NCBI GenBank assembly: GCA_963704735.1
Contig: OY969935.1
Coordinates: forward strand, 1,847,476 to 1,911,475
From: an uncultured Solirubrobacteraceae bacterium
GTDB taxonomy: Bacteria > Actinomycetota > Thermoleophilia > Solirubrobacterales > Solirubrobacteraceae
Direction of reading: 5' to 3'
Length of the DNA: 64,000 nucleotides
Position numbers and translations under genes: made by a program
Notes under the pieces: generated by a model
Databases searched by the model: none
What the model was told of the DNA's origin: nothing
Seen by the model: the letters and a program-made list of their open reading frames with translations, nothing else
Shown: positions 11,668 through 22,002 of the stretch, in pieces
Numbering within the stretch: position 1 is the stretch's first letter
Layout of the letters: the number at the start of each line of letters is the position of its first letter

Positions 11668-12681
11668 TCAGGCGACGACTCGCAGCCGTCGCGCGTGAGG
11701 TTGAAAGCGGCGGCGATACTCGGCGGGACCGACGTCGAGCGCTCGCAGGAAGACTCGGCGCATCGTCTCGGCGGTGCCGAAGCCACAGGCTGCCGCGATC
11801 TGCGCGACCGGATCGCAGCTGTCCTCGAGGCGCCTGCGGGCAGCCTCGAGGCGCACGGACTCGACGTACCTGGCCGGAGTGACGCCGGTCTCGGCGCGAA
11901 AGGCCCGCGCGAAGTGGCGTGTGCTCATGTGAGCGCGGGCGGCCATCGCCTCCACCGAATGGTCGCCCCCGATGTCCTCCAGCACCGAGCGCTGCACCTC
12001 GCGCAGCTGCTCGCGCGCCGGTTGCTGAGCGGCGAGCGTGGCGCTGAACTGCGACTGGTTGCCGGGGCGCCGCAGAAACAGCACCAGATGCCGCGCGATC
12101 GCCAGGGCAGCGTCGCGGTCCAGGTCCTCCTCGACGAGCGCCAGCCCAAGGTCCATTCCGGCGGTCACGCCCGCCGAGGTCCAGATCCGCCCGTCCCGCA
12201 CGAAAATCGGCTCGGGGTCGACGTGCACGCGGGGATGGAGCCGCGCGAGATGCTCGGCCGCCGACCAGTGGGTGGTAGCCCGGCGGCCGTCGAGCAGGCC
12301 GGCCCGGGCCAGCAGGAACGCGCCGGTGCACACGGACGCCGTGCGCCTGGCCGCTGCCGCCGCGTCGGACAGCCACTCGACGAGCACGCTGTCCTGCGAG
12401 GCGGTCATGCAGCCGTGACCGCCCGCGACGATCAGCGTGTCGATGCGATCGGTCTGCGCCGCAAGCGCGCCGTGAGGAGTCATGCTCATGCCGCTCGAGG
12501 TGCGAAGCGGCGCTCCATCACGGCTCAGGATCCGTATCTCATAACTCCGCTCACGACGACCGCTCGCCGCGATCAGCTGCCGGGCCCCCGCGAAGACCTC
12601 GAGCGGGCCGGTGACATCGAGGCTCTGCACCCCGGGATAGGCGAGGATGACGACCTGACGCGCGGCTGATGTGCGTCCCAT
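11668..12681 (-). CDS. GlxA family transcriptional regulator (DJ-1 + AraC)
   Basis: LDVTGPLEVF, SVCTGAF, TSAGVTAGMD, RPGNQSQFS, C-terminal AraC HTH. Confidence 0.94.
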   Translation of the reverse strand: MGRTSAARQVVILAYPGVQSLDVTGPLEVFAGARQLIAASGRRERSYEIRILSRDGAPLRTSSGMSMTPHGALAAQTDRIDTLIVAGGHGCMTASQDSVLVEWLSDAAAAARRTASVCTGAFLLARAGLLDGRRATTHWSAAEHLARLHPRVHVDPEPIFVRDGRIWTSAGVTAGMDLGLALVEEDLDRDAALAIARHLVLFLRRPGNQSQFSATLAAQQPAREQLREVQRSVLEDIGGDHSVEAMAARAHMSTRHFARAFRAETGVTPARYVESVRLEAARRRLEDSCDPVAQIAAACGFGTAETMRRVFLRALDVGPAEYRRRFQPHARRLRVVA

Positions 12682-12802
12682 CGCTCGATCATGACTCACC
12701 GAGCGTTTGGCCGCAAGGACAGATTTCCAACATTTTCTGCCATCCAACCGGGTCGGAACCCCCGCGCGTCGTCGGCGCGCGTCGGGGTCTACCATGACCG
12801 TC

Positions 12803-13624
12803 ATGGAGCCTCAGCCGAGGGCGTCTGATCGTCGAGCCGACACCGGCAGCGACCGCCTCGGCGCAGCTCCGGCCCGCGTGGCCGGAATCGTCGAGGCGGC
12901 CGAACGCGCCGCAGCCGAGCTGCGCGAGCAGGCGGAGGCGCGCGCCAGAGAGCGGATCGCCGAGGCCGACCGCGCTGCCGCCAACCGCGTCCAGGCGGCC
13001 GAGCAGGAGGCTCAGGAGATCCTTCAGGCATCCCGCTCGCATGCCGAGTCGGCACGAAATGAGGCCCTGTCGGCGGTGGCGCAGATTCATGCCGAGGCAG
13101 AGCGCGTGCGCGCGGAGGCGGGGCAGAAGGCCGAGCAGACGCTGACGGCCGCAGATCGAGCGGCCGAGCAGGCGCTCTCGGAGGCTCGCGCGCAGGCGCA
13201 GGAGCTGCTGGCGGGCGCCCGCGCCGAGGCCGCCCAGGTGTCGATCGAGGCGCAGCAGCGGGCCGGCCAGCTGGTGACCGACGGGCTCGAGGAGTCCGAA
13301 CGCAACCTCGCCGAGCTGGAGGGCAAGGCCGCCGAGCAGGCGCACGAGGTTCGCGCGCGGGCACGTGCCGACGCCCGTGAGATCGTCGGCGAGGCACACT
13401 CGGTGGCGCGCGAGGTTCTGCGCGACGGAACGGAGCTCTCGCGCGAGCTGCGTGAGCTGTCGGTTTCGCTGCGCAAGAACTCCGAGCGCATCCTCCGCGA
13501 CGTGCGCCTGGCCCACGGAGGCATGACCGCGCGCCTGGACCAGACCGGACCAGGCACGCACGAGCGCCGCTCCGGGGAGGCCGCCGAGGATCTCGATGTC
13601 CCGGAGTTCCTGCCGCCCGATTGA
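12803..13624 (+). CDS. Ala/Glu/Arg-rich coiled-coil protein (DivIVA/ATP synthase b-like repeats), function unknown
   Basis: Long heptad helical repeats (AERAAAELREQAEARA...); leaderless-type start 7 nt after TACCAT. Confidence 0.7.
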   Translation: MEPQPRASDRRADTGSDRLGAAPARVAGIVEAAERAAAELREQAEARARERIAEADRAAANRVQAAEQEAQEILQASRSHAESARNEALSAVAQIHAEAERVRAEAGQKAEQTLTAADRAAEQALSEARAQAQELLAGARAEAAQVSIEAQQRAGQLVTDGLEESERNLAELEGKAAEQAHEVRARARADAREIVGEAHSVAREVLRDGTELSRELRELSVSLRKNSERILRDVRLAHGGMTARLDQTGPGTHERRSGEAAEDLDVPEFLPPD

Positions 13625-13687
13625 GCCCCTGATCGGCCCGTCGAGCTCGGCTGGGGCTTCAGTAAACTGAGCTCCGAGCAGAACCCC

Positions 13688-13760
13688 GGGGCTATAGCTC
13701 AGCTGGGAGAGCGTCGCGCTGGCAGCGCGAAGGTCGTCGGTTCGAGCCCGACTAGCTCCA
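13688..13760 (+). tRNA. tRNA-Ala (anticodon GGC)
   Basis: GGGGCTA/TAGCTCC-A acceptor stem with G3:U70; D-arm AGCTCAGCTGGGAGAGC; anticodon arm TCGCG-CT-GGC-AG-CGCGA; GGTTCGAG T-loop; 3' CCA tail not encoded; upstream -10 TAAACT at 13663. Confidence 0.98.
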
Positions 13761-13823
13761 TCGAAGCATCGCTCGGCAGCTCCGGCGCGGCGCGCCGCAG
13801 GGTGGCGCCGCTACCGTAGACCG

Positions 13824-14687
13824 GTGCGGGTGGCGAGTTGGAACGTGAACTCGGTCAAGCAGCGGATGCCGCGCATGCTGCCCTGGCTGGATCAGCGACG
13901 GCCGGACGTCGTCTGCCTGCAGGAGACCAAGCTCGCCGACGGACCGTTCGAAGAGCTGCTCGGCCAGGAGCTCTCAAGCCGCGGCTATGAGCTCGCCCTC
14001 CACGGCGAGGTCCAGTGGAACGGGGTGGCCATCCTCTCCCGGATGGGGCTCGAGGACGTCGTGGTCGGAGTGGCCGGCGCGCCCGGCTTCCCGCATCCGG
14101 AGGCCCGGGCCGTGTCCGCGACCTGCGGCGGAATCCGGGTGCACTCGGTGTATGTGCCGAACGGACGCGTTCCGGACTCAGAGCACTACCACTACAAGCT
14201 CGCCTGGCTGGCGGCCTTGCGAGAGATGATCGGCGCCGGTCCACCGGCGGCGATCGTGTGCGGAGACATGAACATCGCGCCAACCGACGCCGACGTGTTC
14301 GACCCGGATGCCTACGTCGGCCAGACCCACGTCACACCGCGCGAGCGGGCCGCGCTAGCCGAGCTCTCCTCGCTCGGCCTGCGCGACGTCGTGCGCGATC
14401 GCTGGCCGACCGAGCGGGTGTTCACGTACTGGGACTACCGCGCCGGAATGTTCCACAAGGACCTCGGGATGCGGATCGACCTGGTGCTGGCCAGCGCCCC
14501 CGTAGCCGACAGGGTGCGGGCGGCATGGGTGGACAGGCAGGCCCGCAAGGGCACGGGGCCAAGCGATCACGCCCCGGTGATCGTCGACCTGGACGAGGCG
14601 CCGGACGGGGATATCGGGCCGGTCGTGCCGCCGCCGTCCGCGCCGGCCACGACGCGACGCTCGGTCAAGCTTCCCCAGCAGTCGTGA
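13824..14687 (+). CDS. xth: Exodeoxyribonuclease III
   Basis: SWNVNS, CLQETK, SVYVPNG, GDMN, RID, SDHAP. Confidence 0.96.
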   Translation: MRVASWNVNSVKQRMPRMLPWLDQRRPDVVCLQETKLADGPFEELLGQELSSRGYELALHGEVQWNGVAILSRMGLEDVVVGVAGAPGFPHPEARAVSATCGGIRVHSVYVPNGRVPDSEHYHYKLAWLAALREMIGAGPPAAIVCGDMNIAPTDADVFDPDAYVGQTHVTPRERAALAELSSLGLRDVVRDRWPTERVFTYWDYRAGMFHKDLGMRIDLVLASAPVADRVRAAWVDRQARKGTGPSDHAPVIVDLDEAPDGDIGPVVPPPSAPATTRRSVKLPQQS

Positions 14688-14696
14688 GCGGGCGGC

Positions 14697-15620
14697 TCAC
14701 AGGGGTCCCGGCAGGTGGTCGATCTCGGGCGAGCGAAGGGCGATGCCGAGACCGCGCAGCGACACCCGCCCGGACTGCGGGTAGAAGCACATGTCATTGG
14801 GCTCGCGGGTGCCGAAGGCCAGATACGTGAGGCCCTGCTCGCCGGCGCGGAGCGCGTGCGCGACGCCCGTCCCCGCCGGGCGTGAGATCACGTCGCCGCG
14901 CTTGAGCGCATGCTCCTCGGGGCTCCCCTCGCCGCGAGGCCACAGCTCGAGCACGCCGCCGCCGTCGAGCACGACGAACAGCTCCTCCTCCTGTGAATGG
15001 CAGTGGGCTGCGGCACCCTGGCCCGCCGCGGCGAGCACGACGTGGTTGAGGCCAGTGGCCGTCGCACCCGCGGCCTGGCCACCGCGGCGGGCCCGGCCAT
15101 CGAAAACGGCGGGCACGTCCGCCAGCGCGACCAGGTTGGGCGGACGCTTCACCGACGGCGACGGGCACTCCGGAGCGCCAGCCGCGGCCTCGCGGGCGAA
15201 GGGCGAGTCTCCGTCCGCGAGCTCCACCCAGCGGGGAAACGACCACGCCACGCCTGCTCGCGGAAGTGCCGTGAGCGACGGGTCGAGCCGCTGGCCGAAG
15301 ACCAGCACGTCCAGCCCTCGGTCTCCCGCACGCAGCGTGTGGGGGCCACGTTTGGGCCGGTGCACGATGAAGTCGCCGGCCCCGACCGCGTAGGTCTCGC
15401 CGTCCTGCCACAGCAGCCCGTCGCCGTCGAGGACGAAGAAGATCTCCTCGTCGGCGCCGTGCTCGTGCGCGGGCGTTGAAAAATGCCCCGCCTGGATCTC
15501 GATCCGACGCAGGCCGACCGTGCGCGTCCCTGCTTCGCGTCCGAGATCGCGCCATACGCCTTTGATGTGGCCCACGGCCAGCTCTCCGGAGCGAGCCGTG
15601 TCCAGATTGGCGATCTTCAC
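14697..15620 (-). CDS. Tandem cupin-domain protein
   Basis: Two cupin motifs: HEHGADEEIFFVL...H and HCHSQEEELFVVL...H. Confidence 0.88.
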   Translation of the reverse strand: MKIANLDTARSGELAVGHIKGVWRDLGREAGTRTVGLRRIEIQAGHFSTPAHEHGADEEIFFVLDGDGLLWQDGETYAVGAGDFIVHRPKRGPHTLRAGDRGLDVLVFGQRLDPSLTALPRAGVAWSFPRWVELADGDSPFAREAAAGAPECPSPSVKRPPNLVALADVPAVFDGRARRGGQAAGATATGLNHVVLAAAGQGAAAHCHSQEEELFVVLDGGGVLELWPRGEGSPEEHALKRGDVISRPAGTGVAHALRAGEQGLTYLAFGTREPNDMCFYPQSGRVSLRGLGIALRSPEIDHLPGPL

Positions 15621-15633
15621 CGGCGTGACGCTA

Positions 15634-16866
15634 TCAGCGGGGAGCTACCTCAACGCCCGCCACTTCGGCCACGGCCTCGGGCAGCGGCTCCCGCGCCAGC
15701 TGGTGGCGCACCCGATCGCGCACGTCGGCGTAGCGCAGGACCTCATACGCGATCAGGGCGCACAGCACCGCCGCGAGGACGCTCAGCGTCAGCAACGCCG
15801 GCAGCACCGCGCCCGCCGGCAGCAGCGCGAGCAGGACGATCGCGCATATCAGGCGGCGCGTGCTGAGACTGTGCATGTTGCGCAGCCGAAACGCCACGTG
15901 CGCCAGCAGGTACATCGCGCCACCGCCGAGCAGCGCCGTCGCCGGAACCAGTTTCAGCGGGTCGTCGACCGCGATCAGGGTGTGCTTGATCCCAACGGCG
16001 ATCAGCGCCACCCCGGCGACCATTGGGAAATGCAGGTAGGAGTACGAATCGCGGGCGATCTCGTTGCGCTCCCGTCCCGGCGCCGCTTTCGCCAGACGCC
16101 GCGCGGCCACGATCGCCGCGACGTCGAAGTACGCCCACCACATCGCCGCGGCGACCACGACCCCGAGCACCGCTGCCGCGACGATGCCCGCGTCGAGCGT
16201 CGCCTTCGCACCCACGCCGATCGCCACGATCGACTCACCGAGGGCGATAATCACGATCGCCCCGTGTCGCTCGGCGAAGTGACCGGGCACAAGCCTCCAG
16301 CCCTCGGCTCCGAACAGGTAGGGCCCGCCCGCGTCGAGTACCAGCGCGAGCCCCCACAGCCCGAGCTGCAGGGCGCCCGACGTCAATGCCGCGACGAACA
16401 GCAGGCCGACGCCGACCGCGGTGCTGGCCGCGAGCCCGAGGACGGAGTGGCGCAGCGCCGTATCCCCGCGACTGGCGAGCATGAACAGCACGATGTGAGC
16501 CCCGCGCACGGCCGCGTAGGCGCACGCGAACAGCAGCGCCTCCGACCCGAACGCGCCCGGAACGCAGAGCGCGGCGACGAGGAAGGCCGCCATCGCGGCG
16601 AACATAGCCAGCCGCACCGCGCCCTCCTCGGGGTCCACGACGCTCGTGAGCCAGGCGTAGCCGACCCACGACCACCACAGCATGCCCAGCACCAACAGGC
16701 CCTTCAGCAGGCCTTCCCAGGTCGGCGTCCTGGCCATCAAAGTCGTGCACTGGGTCAGCGCGAGCACGAACACGAGATCGAAGAACAGCTCGAGCGGCGT
16801 CACCCGCTCGCCCTCCCGCATCACGGCGCTCACGCGCGGGGCACGACTTGAGAGGGCTGTGCTCAC
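15634..16866 (-). CDS. ltrA: Low temperature requirement protein A family membrane protein
   Basis: VTPLELFFDLVFV, HFAERHG-IVIIALGESI, YSYLHFPMVAG. Confidence 0.92.
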   Translation of the reverse strand: MSTALSSRAPRVSAVMREGERVTPLELFFDLVFVLALTQCTTLMARTPTWEGLLKGLLVLGMLWWSWVGYAWLTSVVDPEEGAVRLAMFAAMAAFLVAALCVPGAFGSEALLFACAYAAVRGAHIVLFMLASRGDTALRHSVLGLAASTAVGVGLLFVAALTSGALQLGLWGLALVLDAGGPYLFGAEGWRLVPGHFAERHGAIVIIALGESIVAIGVGAKATLDAGIVAAAVLGVVVAAAMWWAYFDVAAIVAARRLAKAAPGRERNEIARDSYSYLHFPMVAGVALIAVGIKHTLIAVDDPLKLVPATALLGGGAMYLLAHVAFRLRNMHSLSTRRLICAIVLLALLPAGAVLPALLTLSVLAAVLCALIAYEVLRYADVRDRVRHQLAREPLPEAVAEVAGVEVAPR

Positions 16867-16927
16867 CTGCCCATCTTCGCACCTCGGAATTGCCCCTCGG
16901 GAGGCGAGGGGCGGCGGCCACGGCGCC

Positions 16928-17281
16928 TCAGGCGCCCTCTGTCGCGGCCCGGGCCGGCGCCTCTCCCCACAGCTTCTCCAGGCGATAGAACTCGCGCGTT
17001 TCGGGCGTGAAGATGTGAACGACGACGTCCAGGTAGTCCATCAGGATCCAGCCCGTTTGCCCCGACCCCTCGACGCGGCGGGGCAGCGTGTCGTGTTCGC
17101 GCTTGAGCCCCTCGAGGATCGCGTCGTGAATCGCCTTGGCCTGACGGCCGGTGTTGCCCGAGCAGATCAGGAAGAAGTCCGTGTAGCTGAGCACCCCGCG
17201 CAGGTCGAGCTCGACGACATCGCTCGCCTTCTTGTCGGCCGCATAGCGCGACACCTCCCTGAGAAGCTCCTGGGAGCGCAT
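16928..17281 (-). CDS. rsfS: Ribosome silencing factor
   Basis: DKKA-DV, W-LMDY-DVVVH-F, REFYRLEKLW. Confidence 0.97.
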   Translation of the reverse strand: MRSQELLREVSRYAADKKASDVVELDLRGVLSYTDFFLICSGNTGRQAKAIHDAILEGLKREHDTLPRRVEGSGQTGWILMDYLDVVVHIFTPETREFYRLEKLWGEAPARAATEGA

Positions 17282-18000
17282 CAGCTCTGCGCCCGCCGGC
17301 CGTCACGGTACAGGCCGTGCTCGACGATATACCCGGCCACCGCCTGCCCCACCAGATCCTCGATCGGCTCGTCTCGTGTGACGCGCTGGCGCACCATCGA
17401 CGAGGAGACCTCGATCATGGGCATATCCAGAAACGTCAGCCCAGGGCCGTGAGCGCCGGCAGCCCCCCGGGCGGCGATCAGCGGAGCGACGCTGTCAAGC
17501 ACCCCCTGACGCCCTGAGCCATCGCGAGCCGCGACCGCGAGATCCGCCAGCTCCAGCAACTTCGCCGGCTCCCGCCATGCGGGGAGCGTGCACGCCGTGT
17601 CCGCGCCGGCGATGAAGGTCAGCTGGTCGGTCGGATGGCGGGCATGTATGGCGTCCAGCGTATCCACCGTGTAAGACGGGCCGGCGCGGTCGATCTCGAG
17701 CGGGCAGGCAGACAAGCCATCGACACCGTCGATCGCCAGCAGGCACATCCGCAGGCGATGCTCGGGGCCGGGATCCTCTCCGGTGGGCTTGTGCGGAGGG
17801 ATCCGAGCGGGCATCAGCACCACCCGCTGGAGACGAAGAGTGTCGCGCGCATTGCACGCGACGGCGAGATGCCCGAGATGAGGGGGGTTGAATGTCCCGC
17901 CGAGGATGCCCACCGACCGTCCTTCGGCCCCTTCTGTCCGGTGAGGACCCTCGATGCGGGTGTCGGGATTGAGAGGATCCTCAACCGCGGACGTGCCCAT
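17281..18000 (-). CDS. nadD: Nicotinate-nucleotide adenylyltransferase
   Basis: GILGGTFNPPHLGH, SYTVDTL, VSSSMVR. Confidence 0.96.
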   Translation of the reverse strand: MGTSAVEDPLNPDTRIEGPHRTEGAEGRSVGILGGTFNPPHLGHLAVACNARDTLRLQRVVLMPARIPPHKPTGEDPGPEHRLRMCLLAIDGVDGLSACPLEIDRAGPSYTVDTLDAIHARHPTDQLTFIAGADTACTLPAWREPAKLLELADLAVAARDGSGRQGVLDSVAPLIAARGAAGAHGPGLTFLDMPMIEVSSSMVRQRVTRDEPIEDLVGQAVAGYIVEHGLYRDGRRAQS

Positions 18001-19297
18001 CCCCCTCGATGAGGTACTTGAACGTGCACAGCTCCCGCAGTCCTATCGGCCCGCGCGCATGGAGCTTCTGCGTGGAGTTGCCGATCTCCGCGCCCATCCC
18101 GAACTCGCCTCCGTCGGTGAAGCGGGTGGATGCGTTCACGTACACACAGGCTGCGTCCACGCCGAGCTGGAAGGAGCGCGCCGCTCGAGTGTCGCGGGTG
18201 ACGATCGCCTCGGAGTGTCCGCTGCCATAGCGGCCGATGTGCTCGACCGCCTCCCCCAGCGAATCGACGACGCGAACTGCGAGCGTGAGGTCGAGGTACT
18301 CGCTCGCCCAGTCCTCCTCCCCGGCGGCCTGCACGACCACCTCGGGCGCCGGCGCAACTCCGCTGCCGGTGAGCGCCGGCGAGTCCCCGAGGGCCGCCGC
18401 CACGCGCATCGTGCGCTCGTCCGCGCGAACCGTCACACCGGCTTTACCGAGCGCGCCCAGCACGCGCGGGATGAACTCCTCGGCGACGCCCTCGTGGATG
18501 AGCAGCGTCTCTGCCGCGTTGCACACGCCGGGCCGCTGGGTCTTGGCGTTGACCACGATCGCCTCCGCGTCGTCGAGGTCGGCGTGGGCGTCGACATACA
18601 CATGACAGTTGCCCGAGGCCGCGTAGATCACCGGCACCGTCGCCACCTCGGCCAGCGCGGCCTTCAAACCATCGCCGCCGCGCGGAATGATCAGGTCCAC
18701 CGTGTCCGTCTGCGTGGCGAGCTCGGACAGCTCCTCGCGCCCCCCGCCCGCCACCAGGCTCACGCAGCCGTGCGGCAGACCCGCCGCGACGACCGCCTCG
18801 GAGGCGAGCTGTGCGAGCGCGGCGTTGGAGTGCACGGCCGAGGAGGAGCCACGCAGAACGATCGCATTGCCCGACTTCAAGCACAGCGCGGCCGCGTCGA
18901 TCGTCACGTTCGGCCGCGCCTCGTAGACGACCGCGATGACGCCCAGCGGCACCCGCACCTTGCGCACGTCAAGGCCGTTCGCCAGACGGTGGCCGTCGAT
19001 CAGCTCGCCGACCGGATCCGTGAGCGCCGCGATCTGACGGACGGCGTGCGCGATCGCCGCGATGCGTGCCCCGTCGAGGCGCAGACGGTCGAGCAGCGCA
19101 TCGCCGATCTCGGCGTCGCGACCCGCCTGCATGTCGCGCTCGTTGGCCTCGAGAACCTCCTGCGCGCGTGCCTCGAGCGCCTGGGCGATCGCCTCGAGCG
19201 TGGCGTCCTTGACCGACGTGTCGGCGAGCGCGAGCTGACGTGCCGCACGCCTGGCTGAGCGGCAGATGTCTGCGACCGGTGAGGTGACGGTGGCCAT
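17981..19297 (-). CDS. proA: Gamma-glutamyl phosphate reductase
   Basis: YEARPNVT, CNAAETLL, NASTRFTDG, STQKLHARGP. Confidence 0.98.
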   Translation of the reverse strand: MATVTSPVADICRSARRAARQLALADTSVKDATLEAIAQALEARAQEVLEANERDMQAGRDAEIGDALLDRLRLDGARIAAIAHAVRQIAALTDPVGELIDGHRLANGLDVRKVRVPLGVIAVVYEARPNVTIDAAALCLKSGNAIVLRGSSSAVHSNAALAQLASEAVVAAGLPHGCVSLVAGGGREELSELATQTDTVDLIIPRGGDGLKAALAEVATVPVIYAASGNCHVYVDAHADLDDAEAIVVNAKTQRPGVCNAAETLLIHEGVAEEFIPRVLGALGKAGVTVRADERTMRVAAALGDSPALTGSGVAPAPEVVVQAAGEEDWASEYLDLTLAVRVVDSLGEAVEHIGRYGSGHSEAIVTRDTRAARSFQLGVDAACVYVNASTRFTDGGEFGMGAEIGNSTQKLHARGPIGLRELCTFKYLIEGDGHVRG

Positions 19298-19349
19298 GGG
19301 CCCTAAAGGGTACGACGAACCTTCGCGCGCGCCCGCCGAGAGGACGCCC

Positions 19350-20462
19350 TCAGTCGACGACCAGATAGTCGCGATGCACCGCCTCCTCGGTGGCACGCGG
19401 AAGAATCTCCCGCACCGCGGCGGACTTCATTCCGAGCACCTGCCGCAGCTCAACTGCGGAGTAGTTGCAGATCCCCTTCCCCAGCGTCTGGCCCGGCTCC
19501 GGAGAGCGGCCCACCGCCTCGGCGATCTCCACGGCATCCCCCGCATCGAAGTCGCCGAGCGCCTCCACCACGCCCACCGGCAGCAGGCTGGCACTGCCCT
19601 CGCGCACCGCCCTGACCGCACCCTCATCGATCAGCAGCGTGCCCCGTGCGGGCTTGGCGTACTTGAGCCACAGCTTGAAGCTCGAATAGCGTGCCTCCCG
19701 CGCCGGAAAGCGCGTGCCCTCGCGCTCGCCGGCGAGCACCGCCGCCAGCGCGTCCGCTCGCAGCCCGTTGCATATCACCGTCGCGATTCCGGCCGCGGTG
19801 GCCATGTCGGCGGCGACCACCTTCGAGCGCATGCCGCCGGACCCCAGCGGGGAGGTGGTGTGGCCGATCTCGAGATCCCGCAGGGAGGCGAAGTCGCTGA
19901 CCTCTCGCACGATCCGCGCGTCGGAGTGCAGCCGGGGGTCGGCGGTGAACAGCCCGTCGATGTCGGTCATCAGCACGAGCTCATCGGCGGCGACGAGCAC
20001 GGCGACCTGGGCGGCCAGGAAGTCGTTGTCGCCGAAGGAGATCTCGTCGGTCGCGGTCGTGTCGTTCTCGTTGATCACCGGCAGCACCTGCCACTCGAGC
20101 AGCGTGGCCAGTGTCTGGCGCGCGTTCAGGTAATGGGTGCGGGCGCTCATGTCGAAGAAGGTCAACAGCACCTGCGCGCTCGTCACGTCGCGCTCGCGAA
20201 GAAGCTCGTCGTAGACCCGATACAGCTTGCCCTGACCGACGGCGCTGGCCGCCTGCAGCTCTCCGATCGTGCTCGGGCGCTGGGGCAACCCCATCACGCG
20301 CATCCCACGAGCGATCGCGCCGCTGGTGACGAGGATCACCTCACCGCCCTCCCGGTGAAAGTCGGCCAGAACGTCGCACAGGCGCGCAAGCGTCTGCATG
20401 CGCAGCTCGCCGGCGCCGTCGGCGACGACGCTCGAGCCGAGCTTGACCACGACGCGTCTCAT
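19350..20462 (-). CDS. proB: Glutamate 5-kinase with PUA domain
   Basis: VVKLGSS, NEND, FGDND, GGMRSK, HRD. Confidence 0.98.
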   Translation of the reverse strand: MRRVVVKLGSSVVADGAGELRMQTLARLCDVLADFHREGGEVILVTSGAIARGMRVMGLPQRPSTIGELQAASAVGQGKLYRVYDELLRERDVTSAQVLLTFFDMSARTHYLNARQTLATLLEWQVLPVINENDTTATDEISFGDNDFLAAQVAVLVAADELVLMTDIDGLFTADPRLHSDARIVREVSDFASLRDLEIGHTTSPLGSGGMRSKVVAADMATAAGIATVICNGLRADALAAVLAGEREGTRFPAREARYSSFKLWLKYAKPARGTLLIDEGAVRAVREGSASLLPVGVVEALGDFDAGDAVEIAEAVGRSPEPGQTLGKGICNYSAVELRQVLGMKSAAVREILPRATEEAVHRDYLVVD

Positions 20463-20504
20463 GGGGCTGAGCTTATTTGCACGGGCCCGCTCAGCAGTGC
20501 GCGG

Positions 20505-21863
20505 CTACGTCGCGGCGCCTGGATCCAGCTCGAAGCTCACGCCCCCGATCTCGATCTCATCGCCGGGCTGAAACCCCTCATCCTCGAGCGCCCTCAGCAC
20601 GCCGATCCTCCGCAGCCGGCCCTCGACATAGGCCATCGCATCCTGATTGTCGATGTCATACCGCGCGAGCAGCCGCTCGATGCCCTTTCCGCGCACGGCG
20701 AATGACCCGGGACCCACTCGCTCGACCTGAAAGCCCGTTCCGGCGGCCGGCCGGAACACCATGTGCTCGGCCAGCTCCTCCCCGCCGGGCTCAGCCGACG
20801 CGTGCGGCGCCGCCGGCCCCCCTCCCGCCGACCCGTCACCGCGATCGATGCGCAGGAGCAGCTCGCTGGCCAGCTCGCTGAGCCCAGCGCCGGTCGCGCT
20901 CGACGTCGCGATCACGGGCACTTCAGAGCCCAGCCTGCGCTCCCATTCGGCGACCATGAGGCGCGCGCGCTCGTCGGTCACGAGGTCGGCCTTCGTCAGA
21001 GCCAGCACCCGCGGCAGCCCGGCCAGACGCTCGTCGTGGGCAAGCAGCTCGCGCTCGATCGCCTCGTGGTTCACGGCCGAGTCTGCGCCCTCCCCGAGTG
21101 ACAGCTCCGGAACCATGTCGAGCACGTGCACCAGCAGCTGCGTTCGCTCCACGTGTGCCAGGAACTCGTGCCCCAGCCCCGCGCCGCCGCTGGCACCCTC
21201 GATCAGGCCCGGGATGTCCGCCAGCACCAGCTGACGTTCCTCGCCCTCCAACACCCCCAGCACCGGCGACAGCGTCGTGAAGGGATAGGCGGCGACCTTC
21301 GGCGCGGCGCGCGTCAGCCGTGAGAGCAGCGAGGACTTACCGGCGTTTGGCATGCCCACTAGGCCGACGTCCGCCAGCAGCTTGAGCCTCAGCTCGAGCC
21401 AGCCGGCCTCACCCTCGAGGCCGCGCGCGGCGAAGCGCGGCGCCTGGCGGGTCGGCGTGGCAAAGCGCTTGTTGCCCTTGCCGCCCTGACCGCCATGGGC
21501 CAGCACCGCTCTCTGACCCGCCGCGAGCAGCTCCCAGCGCCGTCCCGCAAGGTCCCCCCCCTCGGCCTCCTGACCGCTGATCTGCGTTCCCGGCGGCACC
21601 CTGATGAGCAGGGTCTCTCCGTCGGCTCCGTGCCGAAGCGCTCCCTCACCGTGCCCACCCCGCCCCGCTCGATAGTGGCTCCTGCGCTTGAAGTGCTGCA
21701 GGTCGCGCAGCGAGTCGTCACACACCACGACCACCTCGCCCCCATGCCCGCCGTCTCCGCCGTCCGGGCCGCCGCGCGGCACGTGCGCTTCACGGCGGAA
21801 GCTCGCACAGCCATCGCCGCCTGCACCGCCCTGAACATGGACCCTCGCGCGATCGTGAAGCAT
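20505..21863 (-). CDS. obgE: GTPase ObgE/CgtA
   Basis: Gly-rich Obg fold, GMPNAGKSS, YPFTT, DIPGLIEGA, C-terminal OCT domain. Confidence 0.98.
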   Translation of the reverse strand: MLHDRARVHVQGGAGGDGCASFRREAHVPRGGPDGGDGGHGGEVVVVCDDSLRDLQHFKRRSHYRAGRGGHGEGALRHGADGETLLIRVPPGTQISGQEAEGGDLAGRRWELLAAGQRAVLAHGGQGGKGNKRFATPTRQAPRFAARGLEGEAGWLELRLKLLADVGLVGMPNAGKSSLLSRLTRAAPKVAAYPFTTLSPVLGVLEGEERQLVLADIPGLIEGASGGAGLGHEFLAHVERTQLLVHVLDMVPELSLGEGADSAVNHEAIERELLAHDERLAGLPRVLALTKADLVTDERARLMVAEWERRLGSEVPVIATSSATGAGLSELASELLLRIDRGDGSAGGGPAAPHASAEPGGEELAEHMVFRPAAGTGFQVERVGPGSFAVRGKGIERLLARYDIDNQDAMAYVEGRLRRIGVLRALEDEGFQPGDEIEIGGVSFELDPGAAT

Positions 21864-22002
21864 GTGACCCATCGTGACAGCAGCACCCGCCGCGGGCGGG
21901 CCTCCGATCGTCGGTCCGCCGGCCATCCGTGACGCACGTCGGGTCCGGATATGGCTAGATGGCGGTGAGACATCCACGCCCAAGCAAGGAGCAGACAGCC
22001 CG

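Noticed and set aside
13688-16866. tRNA-Ala as an integration site for a genomic island
   Set aside because: No integrase, no duplicated tRNA 3' end noticed and no compositional shift; downstream genes are ordinary
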